A stretch of 64,000 nt of DNA from an uncultured Planctomycetia bacterium (GTDB lineage Bacteria > Omnitrophota > Gorgyraeia > Tantalellales > Tantalellaceae), in the NCBI GenBank assembly GCA_964409365.1, contig CAYPCX010000003.1, positions 20,577 through 84,576 of the forward strand. The letters run 5' to 3'. The notes beneath the pieces were generated by a model. The model did no database searches and was not told where the DNA came from. It was given only the letters and a program-made list of their open reading frames with translations. Shown piece by piece: positions 19,642 to 30,233 of the stretch; positions within the stretch are counted from its first letter, which is position 1; each line of letters begins with the position of its first letter. The translations under genes were made by a program, and so were the position numbers.

Positions 19642-21258
19642 ATGACCAAGTATATCTTCGTTACGGGCGGTGTTGTTTCAAGTCTGGGGAAGGGTATCGC
19701 TTCGGCGTCCATGGGAAGGATCCTGGAGTGGAACGGTTACAGGATAGCGCTGGTAAAGTGCGATCCGTACATCAACGTAGACCCCGGCACGATGAACCCG
19801 TACCAGCACGGCGAAGTATATGTGACCGATGATGGGGCAGAAACTGACCTGGATCTGGGCCATTATCACCGCTATACCGGGTCGCCGCTTTCCAAGGCGA
19901 GCAACGTGACGACCGGGAAGGTCTACAGGAACGTCATCGAGAAGGAACGCCGCGGTGACTTCCTCGGGGGCACCGTCCAGGTCATCCCGCATATCACGGA
20001 CGAGATAAAGGACCAGATACGCCTGATAAAAAAAGAACACAAAAACGTGGATATCGTCATAGTGGAGATAGGGGGTACCGTCGGCGACATCGAGAGCCTG
20101 CCTTTTCTCGAGGCGATAAGACAGATGAAGAACGAACTGGGCCCGGGCAACGCGATAAACATGCATCTCACGCTCATGCCGTTCATAAAGAGCGCGGGAG
20201 AGGTGAAGACCAAGCCGACGCAGCACTCCGTCGGCAAGCTGCGAGAGATAGGCATACAGCCCGAGATACTGATGGTGAGGACGGAGAAGCACCTCGACAG
20301 GGCCGCTAAGGCCAAGATAGCCCTCTTCTGTAACGTGCACGAAGATTCGGTGATCGAGGCAAGGGACGTGGCCGACATCTACGAGATCCCGCTCATGTTC
20401 GAAAAGAACGGCCTCGATAATATCGTTCTGGAGAAACTGCGCCTCAAGCGGCGCGGAAAAAAGGACGCTAAAGGCTGGAAGAAGGTCGTCCATATCAGGA
20501 AAACGGCGAAGAAAGAAGTGAAAATAGCCGTGGTAGGCAAGTACATAACCCTGCAGGACGCGTACAAGTCCATCGACGAATCCCTGAAGCACGGCGCGAT
20601 AGCGAACGGCCTGAAACTCGATCTCGTGAAAATGGAATCGGATAACCTCGAAAAAAAGAAGCGTTCGGAGTTCAAGAAGATGTTCGAGGGCATCTCCGGC
20701 ATACTCGTGCCGGGAGGGTTCGGGGTGAGGGGGATAGAGGGCAAACTTGTGACCGCCCGGTTCGCCCGTGAGAACGGAGTGCCTTATTTCGGGATATGCC
20801 TCGGCATGCAGATAGCCGTAATAGAGTTCGCCCGCGACATGTGCGGCATGAAAGGCGCCAATTCCACCGAATTTAACCCAAAGACGAAATACCCGGTAAT
20901 ATCCCTTCTTACCGAACAGAAGAAAGTGAAAGAGATGGGCGGGACCATGCGGCTCGGCCAGTATAACTGCAGGTTAAAAAGAGGGACGCTCGCCCGCAAA
21001 ATATACGGCAAGCCCGAAGTGTGGGAACGTCACCGCCACCGTTACGAGTTCAACGGGACATACAAGGAAAGATTCCAAAAAAAAGGCATGGCCTTCAGCG
21101 GTATCCACCCCAGGGGCGATCTGGTGGAGATTGTGGAGATCAAGGACCACCCGTGGTTCGTCGCGGTGCAGTTCCACCCGGAGTTCAGGTCCAAACCGGA
21201 CAGGCCGCACCCGCTTTTCAAGGATTTTGTGCGGGCGGCGGCACAAGGCCCCCGATAG
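19642..21258 (+). CDS. pyrG: CTP synthase
   Basis: TKYIFVTGGVVSSLGKG, GICLGMQ, ERHRHRYE, QFHPE. Confidence 0.98.
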   Translation: MTKYIFVTGGVVSSLGKGIASASMGRILEWNGYRIALVKCDPYINVDPGTMNPYQHGEVYVTDDGAETDLDLGHYHRYTGSPLSKASNVTTGKVYRNVIEKERRGDFLGGTVQVIPHITDEIKDQIRLIKKEHKNVDIVIVEIGGTVGDIESLPFLEAIRQMKNELGPGNAINMHLTLMPFIKSAGEVKTKPTQHSVGKLREIGIQPEILMVRTEKHLDRAAKAKIALFCNVHEDSVIEARDVADIYEIPLMFEKNGLDNIVLEKLRLKRRGKKDAKGWKKVVHIRKTAKKEVKIAVVGKYITLQDAYKSIDESLKHGAIANGLKLDLVKMESDNLEKKKRSEFKKMFEGISGILVPGGFGVRGIEGKLVTARFARENGVPYFGICLGMQIAVIEFARDMCGMKGANSTEFNPKTKYPVISLLTEQKKVKEMGGTMRLGQYNCRLKRGTLARKIYGKPEVWERHRHRYEFNGTYKERFQKKGMAFSGIHPRGDLVEIVEIKDHPWFVAVQFHPEFRSKPDRPHPLFKDFVRAAAQGPR

Positions 21259-21266
21259 GAGACAAA

Positions 21267-22001
21267 ATGCCCAGAGGGGCAGGAGACAGGTTCCAGCGCG
21301 AAACGAAGTACATCCGCGGAAAAATGCCGGCCGGCACGCCTTTCTGGGAGGCGCAGCCCGGGACATACAAAGAATACCCGCGCGCGAAAAAAATAAAGCT
21401 TCCCGACCTTGTGTCCCCGGGGCGTGTTTCCGTTCTTGAGCTTCTGAAAAAAAGAAAAAGCGTACGGGATTTCACCGGCAAACCTATCGCGCCGCAGGAC
21501 CTGTCATACCTCTTGTGGGCCGCGTGCGGCGTGACAAGAATAGAATACGGGCACGAGTTCCGTACGGCGCCGTCCGCAGGAGCCCTTTATCCCGTCGAGA
21601 CGTACATCGTCATAAATGACGTGGAGACCATCCCGCAGGGCGTGTACCATTACTCGGCGCGGACGCATTCGCTTGATGAATTGAAAACAGGCGATTTCAG
21701 CGGCACGGTATCCGGCGCCGCGCTGGAGCAGTACATGTGCGCGACGGCGGCAGTCGTATTCATGTGGACCGCCGTGTTCGGGCGGTCAAAATGGAAATAC
21801 GGCGAAAGGGCCTACAGGTATATCTACCTCGACGCCGGGCATATAGCCGCTAACCTCAGCCTGGCGGCGGTCGATCTCGGTCTCGGGAGCTGCCAGATAG
21901 GCTCTATCTTCGACGACGAAGCGAACACGATAGTGGATGTGGACGGCGAAGGGGAAAGCGTCATCTATATGAGCGCCGTCGGTTATCCTGCTACCCCTTG
22001 A
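21267..22001 (+). CDS. SagB/ThcOx-like nitroreductase-family flavoprotein
   Basis: RKSVRDF, RTAPSAGALYP, KYGERAYRYIYLDAGH; ATG 21267 after AGGAG. Confidence 0.88.
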   Translation: MPRGAGDRFQRETKYIRGKMPAGTPFWEAQPGTYKEYPRAKKIKLPDLVSPGRVSVLELLKKRKSVRDFTGKPIAPQDLSYLLWAACGVTRIEYGHEFRTAPSAGALYPVETYIVINDVETIPQGVYHYSARTHSLDELKTGDFSGTVSGAALEQYMCATAAVVFMWTAVFGRSKWKYGERAYRYIYLDAGHIAANLSLAAVDLGLGSCQIGSIFDDEANTIVDVDGEGESVIYMSAVGYPATP

Positions 22002-22073
22002 ATTTTCCCTACTAAAAGTATATAATTAACGCTTAATTCATTTAGGTGCTAAAACAATTTTTAAGGAGTTCAG

Positions 22074-23312
22074 ATGGCCAACTCTCCGAAACTGATAGAA
22101 AAAGCGGAAAAGCATTTCACATCCCTGGTACAGGACCAGCTCGACCGCATAGAGCGGATGAAAAAAGACGAGGACTGGATCGATTTTAAATCCCTCAAAC
22201 CGGTGATAATCGGCATCCTGCCGGGAGACGGCATCGGGAAGATAATATCCGTGCATGCCCGGCGCGTGCTCGAGCACATGCTGAAAGAGGAGCATTCCGC
22301 GGGCAGGGTCGAGTTCAGGGAGATAGAAGGGCTTACCATAGAGAACCGCGCCAGCAAAATGAAGGCCATCCCGGATGACGTACTCGCCGAGATAAAGAAA
22401 TGCCATGTGATCCTCAAGGGACCCACCACCACCCCGCAGGAGGGGGACAAATGGCCGAACATAGAGAGCGCGAACGTCGCCATGCGGCGCGAGCTGGACC
22501 TTTTCGCTAATGTCCGTCCGGTCAAAGTGCCGTCTGAGGGGATAAACTGGTGCTTCTTCCGCGAGAACACGGAAGGCGCTTACATACTCGGTTCGCGCGG
22601 TATAGACGTTACCGAGGACCTCAGTGTGGACTTCAAGGTGATAACCGAACAGGGCGCGGAACGCATTATCCGCATGGCGTTCGAGTACGCGAAGAATAAC
22701 CGCCTCAAGAGGGTCACCGCAGTGACAAAAGCGAACGTGGTCAAGACCACGGACGGAAGGTTTTCCCGCGTCGCCAAAAGGATAGCGGGGGAATACAAAA
22801 AATACGGTATCGAGCAGGACGAGTGGTATATAGACATCATGACGGCAAAGATCCTCGACCCGGCACGGCGCGCCGATTTCCAGGTCATAGTGCTCCCGAA
22901 CCTGTACGGGGACATCCTTACCGATGAAGCGGCGCAGCTCCAGGGCGGCGTGGGCACGGCGGGAAGCGCGAACATCGGCAAACGCTGGGCCATGTTTGAG
23001 GCCATCCACGGGAGCGCGCCCCGGATGGTGACCGAGGGCCGCGACATCTACGCGGACCCGTCATCGATGATACGGGCGAGCGCCATGCTCATTCGGCACA
23101 TAGGTTTTCCGGAAAGGGCCGACCGGCTGGACATGGCCCTCGAAGTATGCGGCCTGTTCGAGAAGAAGCTCGCGATAACCGGGCGCGACACAGGCGCGAC
23201 AGGCGAGGAATTCACGTCATATCTTCTTGACTGGGTCGACAGTCCCGAGCTTGAGGCGAAATGGAAGGGATACGTTAAGAGTAACCAGCAGCAAGCAGCA
23301 AGGGAAAAGTAA
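22074..23312 (+). CDS. Isocitrate/isopropylmalate dehydrogenase family protein
   Basis: GDGIG, KGPTTTP, RENTEG, NLYGDILTD, FEAIHGSAP. Confidence 0.9.
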   Translation: MANSPKLIEKAEKHFTSLVQDQLDRIERMKKDEDWIDFKSLKPVIIGILPGDGIGKIISVHARRVLEHMLKEEHSAGRVEFREIEGLTIENRASKMKAIPDDVLAEIKKCHVILKGPTTTPQEGDKWPNIESANVAMRRELDLFANVRPVKVPSEGINWCFFRENTEGAYILGSRGIDVTEDLSVDFKVITEQGAERIIRMAFEYAKNNRLKRVTAVTKANVVKTTDGRFSRVAKRIAGEYKKYGIEQDEWYIDIMTAKILDPARRADFQVIVLPNLYGDILTDEAAQLQGGVGTAGSANIGKRWAMFEAIHGSAPRMVTEGRDIYADPSSMIRASAMLIRHIGFPERADRLDMALEVCGLFEKKLAITGRDTGATGEEFTSYLLDWVDSPELEAKWKGYVKSNQQQAAREK

Positions 23313-23352
23313 CAAGGAAAAAGGAACAAGTATCGAGTAGCTAGTAACCAGA
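23276..23352 (+). repeat. Degenerate heptamer run (11 units) spanning the dehydrogenase stop codon
   Basis: taagagt aaccagc agcaagc agcaagg gaaaagt aacaagg aaaaagg aacaagt atcgagt agctagt aaccaga: AG fixed at positions 5-6. Confidence 0.7.
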
Positions 23353-23404
23353 GTTGTCTGGGAGCCGGTTGCAGGAAACGGGTTACTTGAAAAGTATAAG
23401 AACC

Positions 23405-24958
23405 ATGACAAATAATAACAGAAAAGAAGGCATACTGGTGATCGATTTCGGGTCGCAGTACGTGCAGCTTATCGCCAGGCGCATCAGGGAGAACCGCGTC
23501 CATTCCATAGTAGAGCCGCCTACCATATCCGCGGCGAAGATAAAGAAGATCAACCCGAGCGGCCTTATTTTTTCGGGTGGCCCCTCAAGTGTGTACGACA
23601 GGGGAGCGCCCGGCTTTGACCCGGGGATATTCGATCTCGGGATACCGATCCTCGGCATATGCTACGGCATGCAGGTGGTGGGGAAGCTGGCTGGCGGCAG
23701 GATCAGAAAAAGCGGCAAAAGGGAATACGGAAGGACCCTCGTGCGTTTTAAAAGGGGAAATCCGCTTTTCAAGGGTCTCAGCGCCGAAAGCGTCACCTGG
23801 ATGAGCCATCGCGACAAAGTAGAAAAACTCCCGAAGGGATTCCGCCCGATAGCCAGAAGCGGCAACACCCGCTGCGCTGCGTTCGCCGAAACAAAGAAGG
23901 AGATCTACGGCGTACAGTTCCATCCGGAGGTCGTCCACACCGAAGAGGGCAAAAAGATACTGAAAAATTTCCTGTTCGGTATCTGCGGGTGCAGGCGGAC
24001 ATGGACGATGAAGTCGTTCATCGAAAAGAAGATAAACGAAGTGCGCGAACAGGTGGGCGATCAGCACGTGGTGCTGGGCCTGTCGGGCGGTGTCGATTCT
24101 ACCGTGAGCGCCGTGCTCCTGCACAAGGCACTGGGGAAACGTCTCCACTGCATCTTCGTCGACAACGGGCTTCTCCGCAAGAACGAGGTGGAGAGGGTAA
24201 AGAAGCTTTTCACGCGGAACATAAAACTTGACCTGCGGGTGGTCGATGCCCGGCGCCGCTTCCTTAACGCGTTAAAAGGGGTCCGGGACCCCGAAAAGAA
24301 AAGAAAAGTGATCGGCAGGACCTTCATACGGGTCTTCGAGGAAAGCGCAAAAAAGATAAAGAACGCCACTTTCCTCGCGCAGGGAACGTTGTACCCGGAC
24401 GTTATAGAATCACGATCGTTCTTCGGGGGACCGAGCAAGACGATAAAATCCCATCATAACGTCGGGGGCCTTCCCAAAAAGATGGGGCTCGAACTCGTCG
24501 AGCCGCTCAGGGACCTTTTCAAGGACGAGGTCAGGGAGGTAGGAAAAGAGCTGGGACTTCCCCCGGAGATGACCGGCCGGCAGCCTTTTCCCGGCCCCGG
24601 CCTTGCCGTAAGGGTGCTCGGCCCGATCACGGAAGCACGTCTGGACATGCTGAGGGACGCCGACTGGATCGTCATCGATATAGCGAAAGAAAAAGGCATC
24701 TACAACAAGACCTGGCAGATATTCTGCGTGCTGCTCCTCGGGAAGAGCGTAGGTGTCATGGGAGACGCGCGCACGTACGAGAACACGATAGCTATACGGG
24801 CCGTCACGAGCGTTGACGGCATGACGGCGGACTGGGCGAAGATACCGTATGATGTCCTGGGGGACATATCCAACCGGATAATCAACGAAGTGGAAGGCGT
24901 GAACAGGGTGGTGTTCGATATCAGCTCGAAGCCCCCCAGCACGATCGAATGGGAATAA
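23405..24958 (+). CDS. guaA: GMP synthase (glutamine-hydrolysing)
   Basis: [37 protein letters not shown]. Confidence 0.97.
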   Translation: MTNNNRKEGILVIDFGSQYVQLIARRIRENRVHSIVEPPTISAAKIKKINPSGLIFSGGPSSVYDRGAPGFDPGIFDLGIPILGICYGMQVVGKLAGGRIRKSGKREYGRTLVRFKRGNPLFKGLSAESVTWMSHRDKVEKLPKGFRPIARSGNTRCAAFAETKKEIYGVQFHPEVVHTEEGKKILKNFLFGICGCRRTWTMKSFIEKKINEVREQVGDQHVVLGLSGGVDSTVSAVLLHKALGKRLHCIFVDNGLLRKNEVERVKKLFTRNIKLDLRVVDARRRFLNALKGVRDPEKKRKVIGRTFIRVFEESAKKIKNATFLAQGTLYPDVIESRSFFGGPSKTIKSHHNVGGLPKKMGLELVEPLRDLFKDEVREVGKELGLPPEMTGRQPFPGPGLAVRVLGPITEARLDMLRDADWIVIDIAKEKGIYNKTWQIFCVLLLGKSVGVMGDARTYENTIAIRAVTSVDGMTADWAKIPYDVLGDISNRIINEVEGVNRVVFDISSKPPSTIEWE

Positions 24959-24961
24959 GAA

Positions 24962-24994
24962 AGGTCTCAGGTTTCAGGTCTCAGGTTTCAGGTT
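24962..24994 (+). repeat. Heptamer tandem repeat AGGT(C/T)TC filling the guaA-purL spacer
   Basis: aggtctc aggtttc aggtctc aggtttc aggtt. Confidence 0.9.
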
Positions 24995-27871
24995 ATGAAA
25001 TACGCAAGAATAGAAGTAAGGGACAAGAAGGGGATATATGACGCCGTTGCCGAGGGCCTGAAGAAGGACATAAGGGATCTGGGCATAACGGACGTCAGCG
25101 ACGTCGAATATTTTCAGGTGTATACGCTCCGCGGCGATCTTTCGAAAAAGGACTTAAGGCGCATAGCCGACGAGATACTCGCGGACAAGGTATCCCAGGA
25201 ATTCAACCTTACCGGCGGCTTCATCACGAAAGAGACCAAAAGCACCCGTCTGGTGGAGATCGCCTACAATCCCGGCGTCATGGACCCCGTGGAAGAGAGC
25301 GCCATAAAGGCCATAAAGGACCTCGGCGTCAGGGGGGTCAAGTCGGTCGCGACCTCTAAAAAATACGCCATCAAAGGGGCCCTTACGCGCGCGCGTCTCG
25401 CCAACATAACCGAGAAGCTCCTTTACAACAAAATAATACAACACGTGGTGACTTCGCAAGAGGACCGGAAGGAGCTCAAGAACTACAGTTTCCGTGCCGT
25501 GGAAATAGGTTTGCTGAACGCGGACGACCGGCAGCTGAAGCGTCTCAGCAGGGAAGGACAGCTTTATCTCAGCCTGGCAGAGATGAGGACGATACAGGAA
25601 TACTTCAGGGGGCTCGGCCGCAACCCTACCGAATGCGAGCTTGAAACGCTCGCGCAGACATGGAGCGAACACTGCAAACACAAGACGATGATGGGGACTA
25701 TTCAATATGGCGGCAGGACATACAAGAACCTCCTGAAAGAGACCGTCATGAAGGTCACGCGCGATCTTGACAAACCGTGGTGCGTGTCGGTCTTCAAGGA
25801 CAACGCCGGCATCATAGAGTTCGACTCTAAGCATAACATCTGTTTCAAGGTGGAGACGCACAACCATCCCTCGGCGTTAGAGCCCTACGGCGGGGCCGAA
25901 ACGGGTATCGGCGGCGTTATACGCGACCCGCTCGGCACGGGGCGCGGGTCGAAACCCATCATCAATACGGATGTCTTCTGTTTCGGCATGCCCGACATGC
26001 CGCGTTCGGCGGTCCCTAAGGGCGCGCTCCATCCGAAGAGGGTGATGAAGGGCGTGGTGAGCGGCGTCCGTGATTACGGCAATAAAATGGGCATCCCGAC
26101 GGTGAACGGCGCGGTCTGTTTCGACGAAAGATACACGGGCAACCCGCTTGTTTACTGCGGGAACGTCGGCATAATGCCGAAAAAGTTCTCTACAAAGAAG
26201 GTCTCCCCGGGCGACCTCATAGTCGTGATAGGCGGCAAGACCGGCCGCGACGGCATACACGGGGCCACTTTCTCTTCGGCCGAACTGACGACCGAATCCG
26301 AGACCATATCGTCGACCGCCGTCCAGATAGGCAATCCCATAACCGAGAAGAAGATGGTCGATACGCTCATGAAGGCGCGCGACCTGGGCCTGTACGACGC
26401 TATAACCGACTGCGGCGCCGGCGGGTTCTCCAGCGCCGTGGGCGAAATGGGCGAAAAGACCGGCGCGGAGGTGCACCTGGAAAAGGCTCCGCTCAAATAC
26501 AAGGGGCTCGAGCCGTGGGAGATATGGGTGTCCGAGGCGCAGGAACGGATGGTGCTGGCGGTCAAACCCGGAAAGCTCAAGAAGCTCATAGATATCTTCG
26601 AGAGCGAGAACGTGCAGGCCACCGTCATAGGGAAATTCACGGAAACGAAAAAGCTGCGCCTGTTCTACAAAGGGCACAAGGTAGCCGATATCGACATGTC
26701 GTTCGTGCATGAGGGCCTGCCGCGCCTTACGCGGAAAGCCGTCTGGAAAAAGGTGAAGGAAGACAGGAAGAAGCTTCCCGGGAAGAAGAAAGACCTCACG
26801 GGGGATCTTTTGAAAGTGCTCTCATCCTGGAACGTATGCAGTAAAGAATGGATAATCAGGCAATACGACCACGAGGTGCAAGGCGGGAGCGTTCTTAAAC
26901 CTCTCGTCGGCGTCGATGACGACGGCCCGGCTGACGCCTCCATAACAAGGCCGCTCCTGAACTCTAAACGCGGCATAGTCCTCTCGAACGGCATCAACCC
27001 CTCTTACGGTGATATCGACCCGTACTGGATGGCGGCAAGCGCGATAGACGAGGCGCTGAGACAGATAGCGGCCGTGGGAGGCGACGTAACGCGGACGGCG
27101 CTGCTGGATAATTTCTGCTGGGGCAGTACCGAAAAGGAACACCAGCTCGGAGGCCTGGTAAGGGCGTCGCAGGCCTGCTACGACATGGCAAAGGTTTACG
27201 GGACCCCCTTCATATCGGGGAAAGACAGCCTCAATAACGAGTTCAACTTGGGGAAGAGGACCGTATCGATACCACCGACACTGCTTATCTCCGCCATCTC
27301 GGTAATGGACGATGTCACCAGGTCCGTGTCATCGGATATCAAGGAAGCGGGAAATTCGATCTATGCCCTCGGCAGGACCAGCCAGGAAATGGGCGGGTCG
27401 CAGTATTTTCGCGTGAAAGGCCTCAGGGGCGGCGTCGTGCCGCGCCTCGACCCGAAAGCGTCATTGAAGCTGATGAAGAAGCTGAACTCCGCGATCCGTA
27501 AGGGTTTGGTGAGGTCGGCCCACGACTGTTCGGAAGGCGGAATAGCGGTAAGCATGGCCGAGATGCTTTTTTCGGGAGGGCTCGGCGCCGAAGTATCGCT
27601 TGGAAAAGTGCCCCGCGAGAGGTCGATCAAAAGGAACGATGTCATACTTTTCGCGGAATCCAACTCGAGGTTCCTTGTCGAGGTCGCCCCGGCGAACAGA
27701 AAAGCTTTCGAGGGTATCATGAAAGGCGTACCTTGCGCTATGATAGGCGAGGTCAATAAGGGTGATAAGCTTGTCGTCCGGGGTATCACGGGCGGAAAGG
27801 TCATAGAAGCGGGTTTAACGAAGCTGAAGAGCAGTTGGAAAAGACCGCTGAACAGGTTAATGCATGGGTGA
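24995..27871 (+). CDS. purL: FGAM synthase PurL with N-terminal PurS-like domains
   Basis: QTWSEHCKH, ETHNHPS, DCGAGG, QYDHEV; first ~150 aa resemble two PurS modules (IEVRDKKGIYDAV; VEIAYNPGVMDPV). Confidence 0.95.
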   Translation: MKYARIEVRDKKGIYDAVAEGLKKDIRDLGITDVSDVEYFQVYTLRGDLSKKDLRRIADEILADKVSQEFNLTGGFITKETKSTRLVEIAYNPGVMDPVEESAIKAIKDLGVRGVKSVATSKKYAIKGALTRARLANITEKLLYNKIIQHVVTSQEDRKELKNYSFRAVEIGLLNADDRQLKRLSREGQLYLSLAEMRTIQEYFRGLGRNPTECELETLAQTWSEHCKHKTMMGTIQYGGRTYKNLLKETVMKVTRDLDKPWCVSVFKDNAGIIEFDSKHNICFKVETHNHPSALEPYGGAETGIGGVIRDPLGTGRGSKPIINTDVFCFGMPDMPRSAVPKGALHPKRVMKGVVSGVRDYGNKMGIPTVNGAVCFDERYTGNPLVYCGNVGIMPKKFSTKKVSPGDLIVVIGGKTGRDGIHGATFSSAELTTESETISSTAVQIGNPITEKKMVDTLMKARDLGLYDAITDCGAGGFSSAVGEMGEKTGAEVHLEKAPLKYKGLEPWEIWVSEAQERMVLAVKPGKLKKLIDIFESENVQATVIGKFTETKKLRLFYKGHKVADIDMSFVHEGLPRLTRKAVWKKVKEDRKKLPGKKKDLTGDLLKVLSSWNVCSKEWIIRQYDHEVQGGSVLKPLVGVDDDGPADASITRPLLNSKRGIVLSNGINPSYGDIDPYWMAASAIDEALRQIAAVGGDVTRTALLDNFCWGSTEKEHQLGGLVRASQACYDMAKVYGTPFISGKDSLNNEFNLGKRTVSIPPTLLISAISVMDDVTRSVSSDIKEAGNSIYALGRTSQEMGGSQYFRVKGLRGGVVPRLDPKASLKLMKKLNSAIRKGLVRSAHDCSEGGIAVSMAEMLFSGGLGAEVSLGKVPRERSIKRNDVILFAESNSRFLVEVAPANRKAFEGIMKGVPCAMIGEVNKGDKLVVRGITGGKVIEAGLTKLKSSWKRPLNRLMHG

Positions 27872-28046
27872 GTCAGGGTTCAGGTCACAGGTCACAGGTT
27901 GCAGGTCTCGGGTGACAGAGGACAGAAGGAAGTGTCATAGTGTCATCGTTCGTTGCAATCACTAGTGTCATAGAAAAGTTTGACACTTTGGCACTAAAAA
28001 GCAGCCTGGAAACTGGTTACCGAAAACTAACGACTAACGACTGGAA
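27872..28046. repeat. Nested heptamer/octamer inverted-repeat element, copy A
   Basis: CAGGTCA run, AGTGTCAT run, TGACACTT run, ACTAACG run; homologous to the reverse complement of 32480-32680. Confidence 0.8.
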
Positions 28047-28871
28047 ATGATGAAAAGGAAAGTAAAGACACTGATACTCAGGACGGCGGGCACGAATTGC
28101 GACAAGGAGACCGCGTTCGCTTTTGATCTGGCGGGAGCGGAAGCGGACCTGATGCACATAAACGCACTTATCCGTGACAGGTCCGCGCTGGATAGATATG
28201 ACATCCTGGCGATACCGGGCGGTTTCAGTTACGGGGACGACATCGCGAGCGGTAAGATACTCGCCAATGAGCTCCGGTTCTCTTTAAGGAGCCGTCTTCT
28301 CAGGTTCGTGAAAGAAGGCAAGCCCGTAATAGGCATATGTAACGGTTTCCAGATACTGGTGAAGATGGGGTTTCTGCCGGACCTTTCCGGCGACCCGGGA
28401 AGCCATATAGAAGCGACGCTCAGCCTGAACGATTCGGGAAAGTTCGAGGACAGGTGGGTATACCTAAAAAAGGTCTCAGGTGCCAGGTCTCAGGTGTCAG
28501 AGAAATGTATCTGGACGAGGGGGTTGCCCGAGGTGATCCAGGCCCCCGTGGCGCATGGTGAGGGAAAGTTCATGCCGAAGGACGACAGGGTGCTCGAGAA
28601 CCTCAAAAAGAACGGCCAGATAGTGTTCCGCTACACGGACAGGGAAGGTAACATCGAAGGCTACCCGCATAATCCTAACGGCTCAGTGGACAACATCGCC
28701 GGCATCTGCGACACGACGGGGAGGATCTTCGGCCTTATGCCGCACCCCGAGAGGCACGTGACTTTTCTGCAGCACCCGAACTGGAGGCGCTCTGACAGCG
28801 AAAAAAAAGCGATGGGTATCGGCCTGGAGATATTCAAAAATGGTGTGAAATTCGCGCGAAATTGTATATAA
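28047..28871 (+). CDS. purQ: FGAM synthase glutaminase subunit
   Basis: GTNCD, PGGFSYGD, GICNGFQ, AHGEG, MPHPER. Confidence 0.96.
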   Translation: MMKRKVKTLILRTAGTNCDKETAFAFDLAGAEADLMHINALIRDRSALDRYDILAIPGGFSYGDDIASGKILANELRFSLRSRLLRFVKEGKPVIGICNGFQILVKMGFLPDLSGDPGSHIEATLSLNDSGKFEDRWVYLKKVSGARSQVSEKCIWTRGLPEVIQAPVAHGEGKFMPKDDRVLENLKKNGQIVFRYTDREGNIEGYPHNPNGSVDNIAGICDTTGRIFGLMPHPERHVTFLQHPNWRRSDSEKKAMGIGLEIFKNGVKFARNCI

Positions 28872-28908
28872 TAAAGTGATTTCATTTTGAACGAGAGGAG
28901 AAAAAGCC

Positions 28909-29571
28909 TTGAAAAGAAAACATGTCATGGAAAGCCTTCCAATTGAGGAGCCCTGGCGTGTCTTCAGGATCATGAGCGAATTCGTGGACGGGTTCGAGGC
29001 TATGAGCGGCGTGACCAACGCCGTGAGCATGTTCGGCTCCTCGCGGATGAAGTCAAACAACAGGTATTACAAACTCGCCGAACGGACCGCGGAACTTTTT
29101 GTCCGGAACGGCTATTCGGTCATCACCGGCGCCGGGGGCGGCATCATGGAAGCCGCTAACAAGGGCGCGAAAAAGGCCGGCGGCGAGTCGATCGGCCTGA
29201 ACATAACGCTGCCCGAGGAGCAAAAGGTGAACAAGTACGTGACCTACCCGCTGGAATTCCGCTACTTTTTCGTGCGTAAGCTCATGTTCGCCAAGTACAG
29301 CAAAGCCTTTATCGCTTTTCCCGGCGGGTTCGGCACCATGGACGAGTTCTTCGAAGTGGTAGCTCTTATACAGACCGAAAGGATCGACCCGTTCCCGGTC
29401 ATACTTGTCGGCAGCGACTACTGGAAAGGCATGCTGCACTGGATCAACAGCGTTTGCCTGAAGGCGGACGCGATGGAGAAGAAGGACCTGAACATATTTA
29501 CGATCACGGATGAACCGAAGAAAATACTTGAATGTGTCAATAAGTTCTACCATAAAAAGGGAGGCAGATAA
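28909..29571 (+). CDS. LOG family (TIGR00730) Rossmann-fold protein
   Basis: WRVFRIMSEF, GGGIMEA, YFFVRKLMF, PGGFGTMDE. Confidence 0.92.
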   Translation: MKRKHVMESLPIEEPWRVFRIMSEFVDGFEAMSGVTNAVSMFGSSRMKSNNRYYKLAERTAELFVRNGYSVITGAGGGIMEAANKGAKKAGGESIGLNITLPEEQKVNKYVTYPLEFRYFFVRKLMFAKYSKAFIAFPGGFGTMDEFFEVVALIQTERIDPFPVILVGSDYWKGMLHWINSVCLKADAMEKKDLNIFTITDEPKKILECVNKFYHKKGGR

Positions 29572-29572
29572 C

Positions 29573-29959
29573 ATGTGCGCCGAATACGAGGAAAAACGCG
29601 AATTCCTGCGCGTTGATCACGAAACACCCCTGAACTTCAAGATCCTCAAAGACGATAAGATGGTAGTGAAATCCGATATCTTTTCAAGGAACGTCTCAGC
29701 CTGCGGGATACTTTTCCGCACCGGATCGGAATCGTCCATACCGGCGCTTTCGAGCGTCGTTTGGCTCGAACTGGACGAGAAGATGATGAACATCTGTTCA
29801 GAGATAGAAAACGACCTGATAATCCATAACAACGGTATTTTCGGCAGGGTCGTCAGGATAGCGGAAGGGGAGCCCGGCAAGTCCTATGATGTGGGCGTGG
29901 CGTTCCTCAGAAGAAAGGACCTCACCGAGGAGGAGATAAAGGATCTCATGAAAGATTGA
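29573..29959 (+). CDS. PilZ domain protein
   Basis: RxxxR (REFLR) and NxSxxG (NVSACG) c-di-GMP motifs, YDVGVAF. Confidence 0.8.
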   Translation: MCAEYEEKREFLRVDHETPLNFKILKDDKMVVKSDIFSRNVSACGILFRTGSESSIPALSSVVWLELDEKMMNICSEIENDLIIHNNGIFGRVVRIAEGEPGKSYDVGVAFLRRKDLTEEEIKDLMKD

Positions 29960-29993
29960 CCGCCGCGCGCGGGTCAAGATCAAGGAGAGTACA

Positions 29994-30233
29994 ATGGAGA
30001 CCATTAAAAATTTTATTATCGGCCTTTTCGTAATAATACTGTCGCTTTTACTGTTCGTGCTGATCGGCCTTTCCTGGCCGCTGCTTGTGGGGATAGGTTC
30101 GATCATCCTTTCGATCATCGCGGCGGGCCTGTTCATAGTCCTCATTTTCTACGTCATCGTACTGGTCGGTTACCTCACCAGGCAGTTCCTCAAGCGGAAA
30201 GAGCTGAACGCACCGGAGAAATCGGAGAAATAG
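29994..30233 (+). CDS. Small membrane protein
   Basis: Highly hydrophobic 79 aa, SD AAGGAG, abuts ugd. Confidence 0.7.
   Translation: METIKNFIIGLFVIILSLLLFVLIGLSWPLLVGIGSIILSIIAAGLFIVLIFYVIVLVGYLTRQFLKRKELNAPEKSEK

Noticed and set aside
21021-22001. SagB-like gene as part of a RiPP (azole) cluster, and its long N-terminal extension
   Set aside because: No YcaO or precursor nearby; extension overlaps pyrG and the SD supports ATG 21267
27872-28046. Repeat clusters as a CRISPR array
   Set aside because: 7-8 nt units without unique spacers; no cas genes
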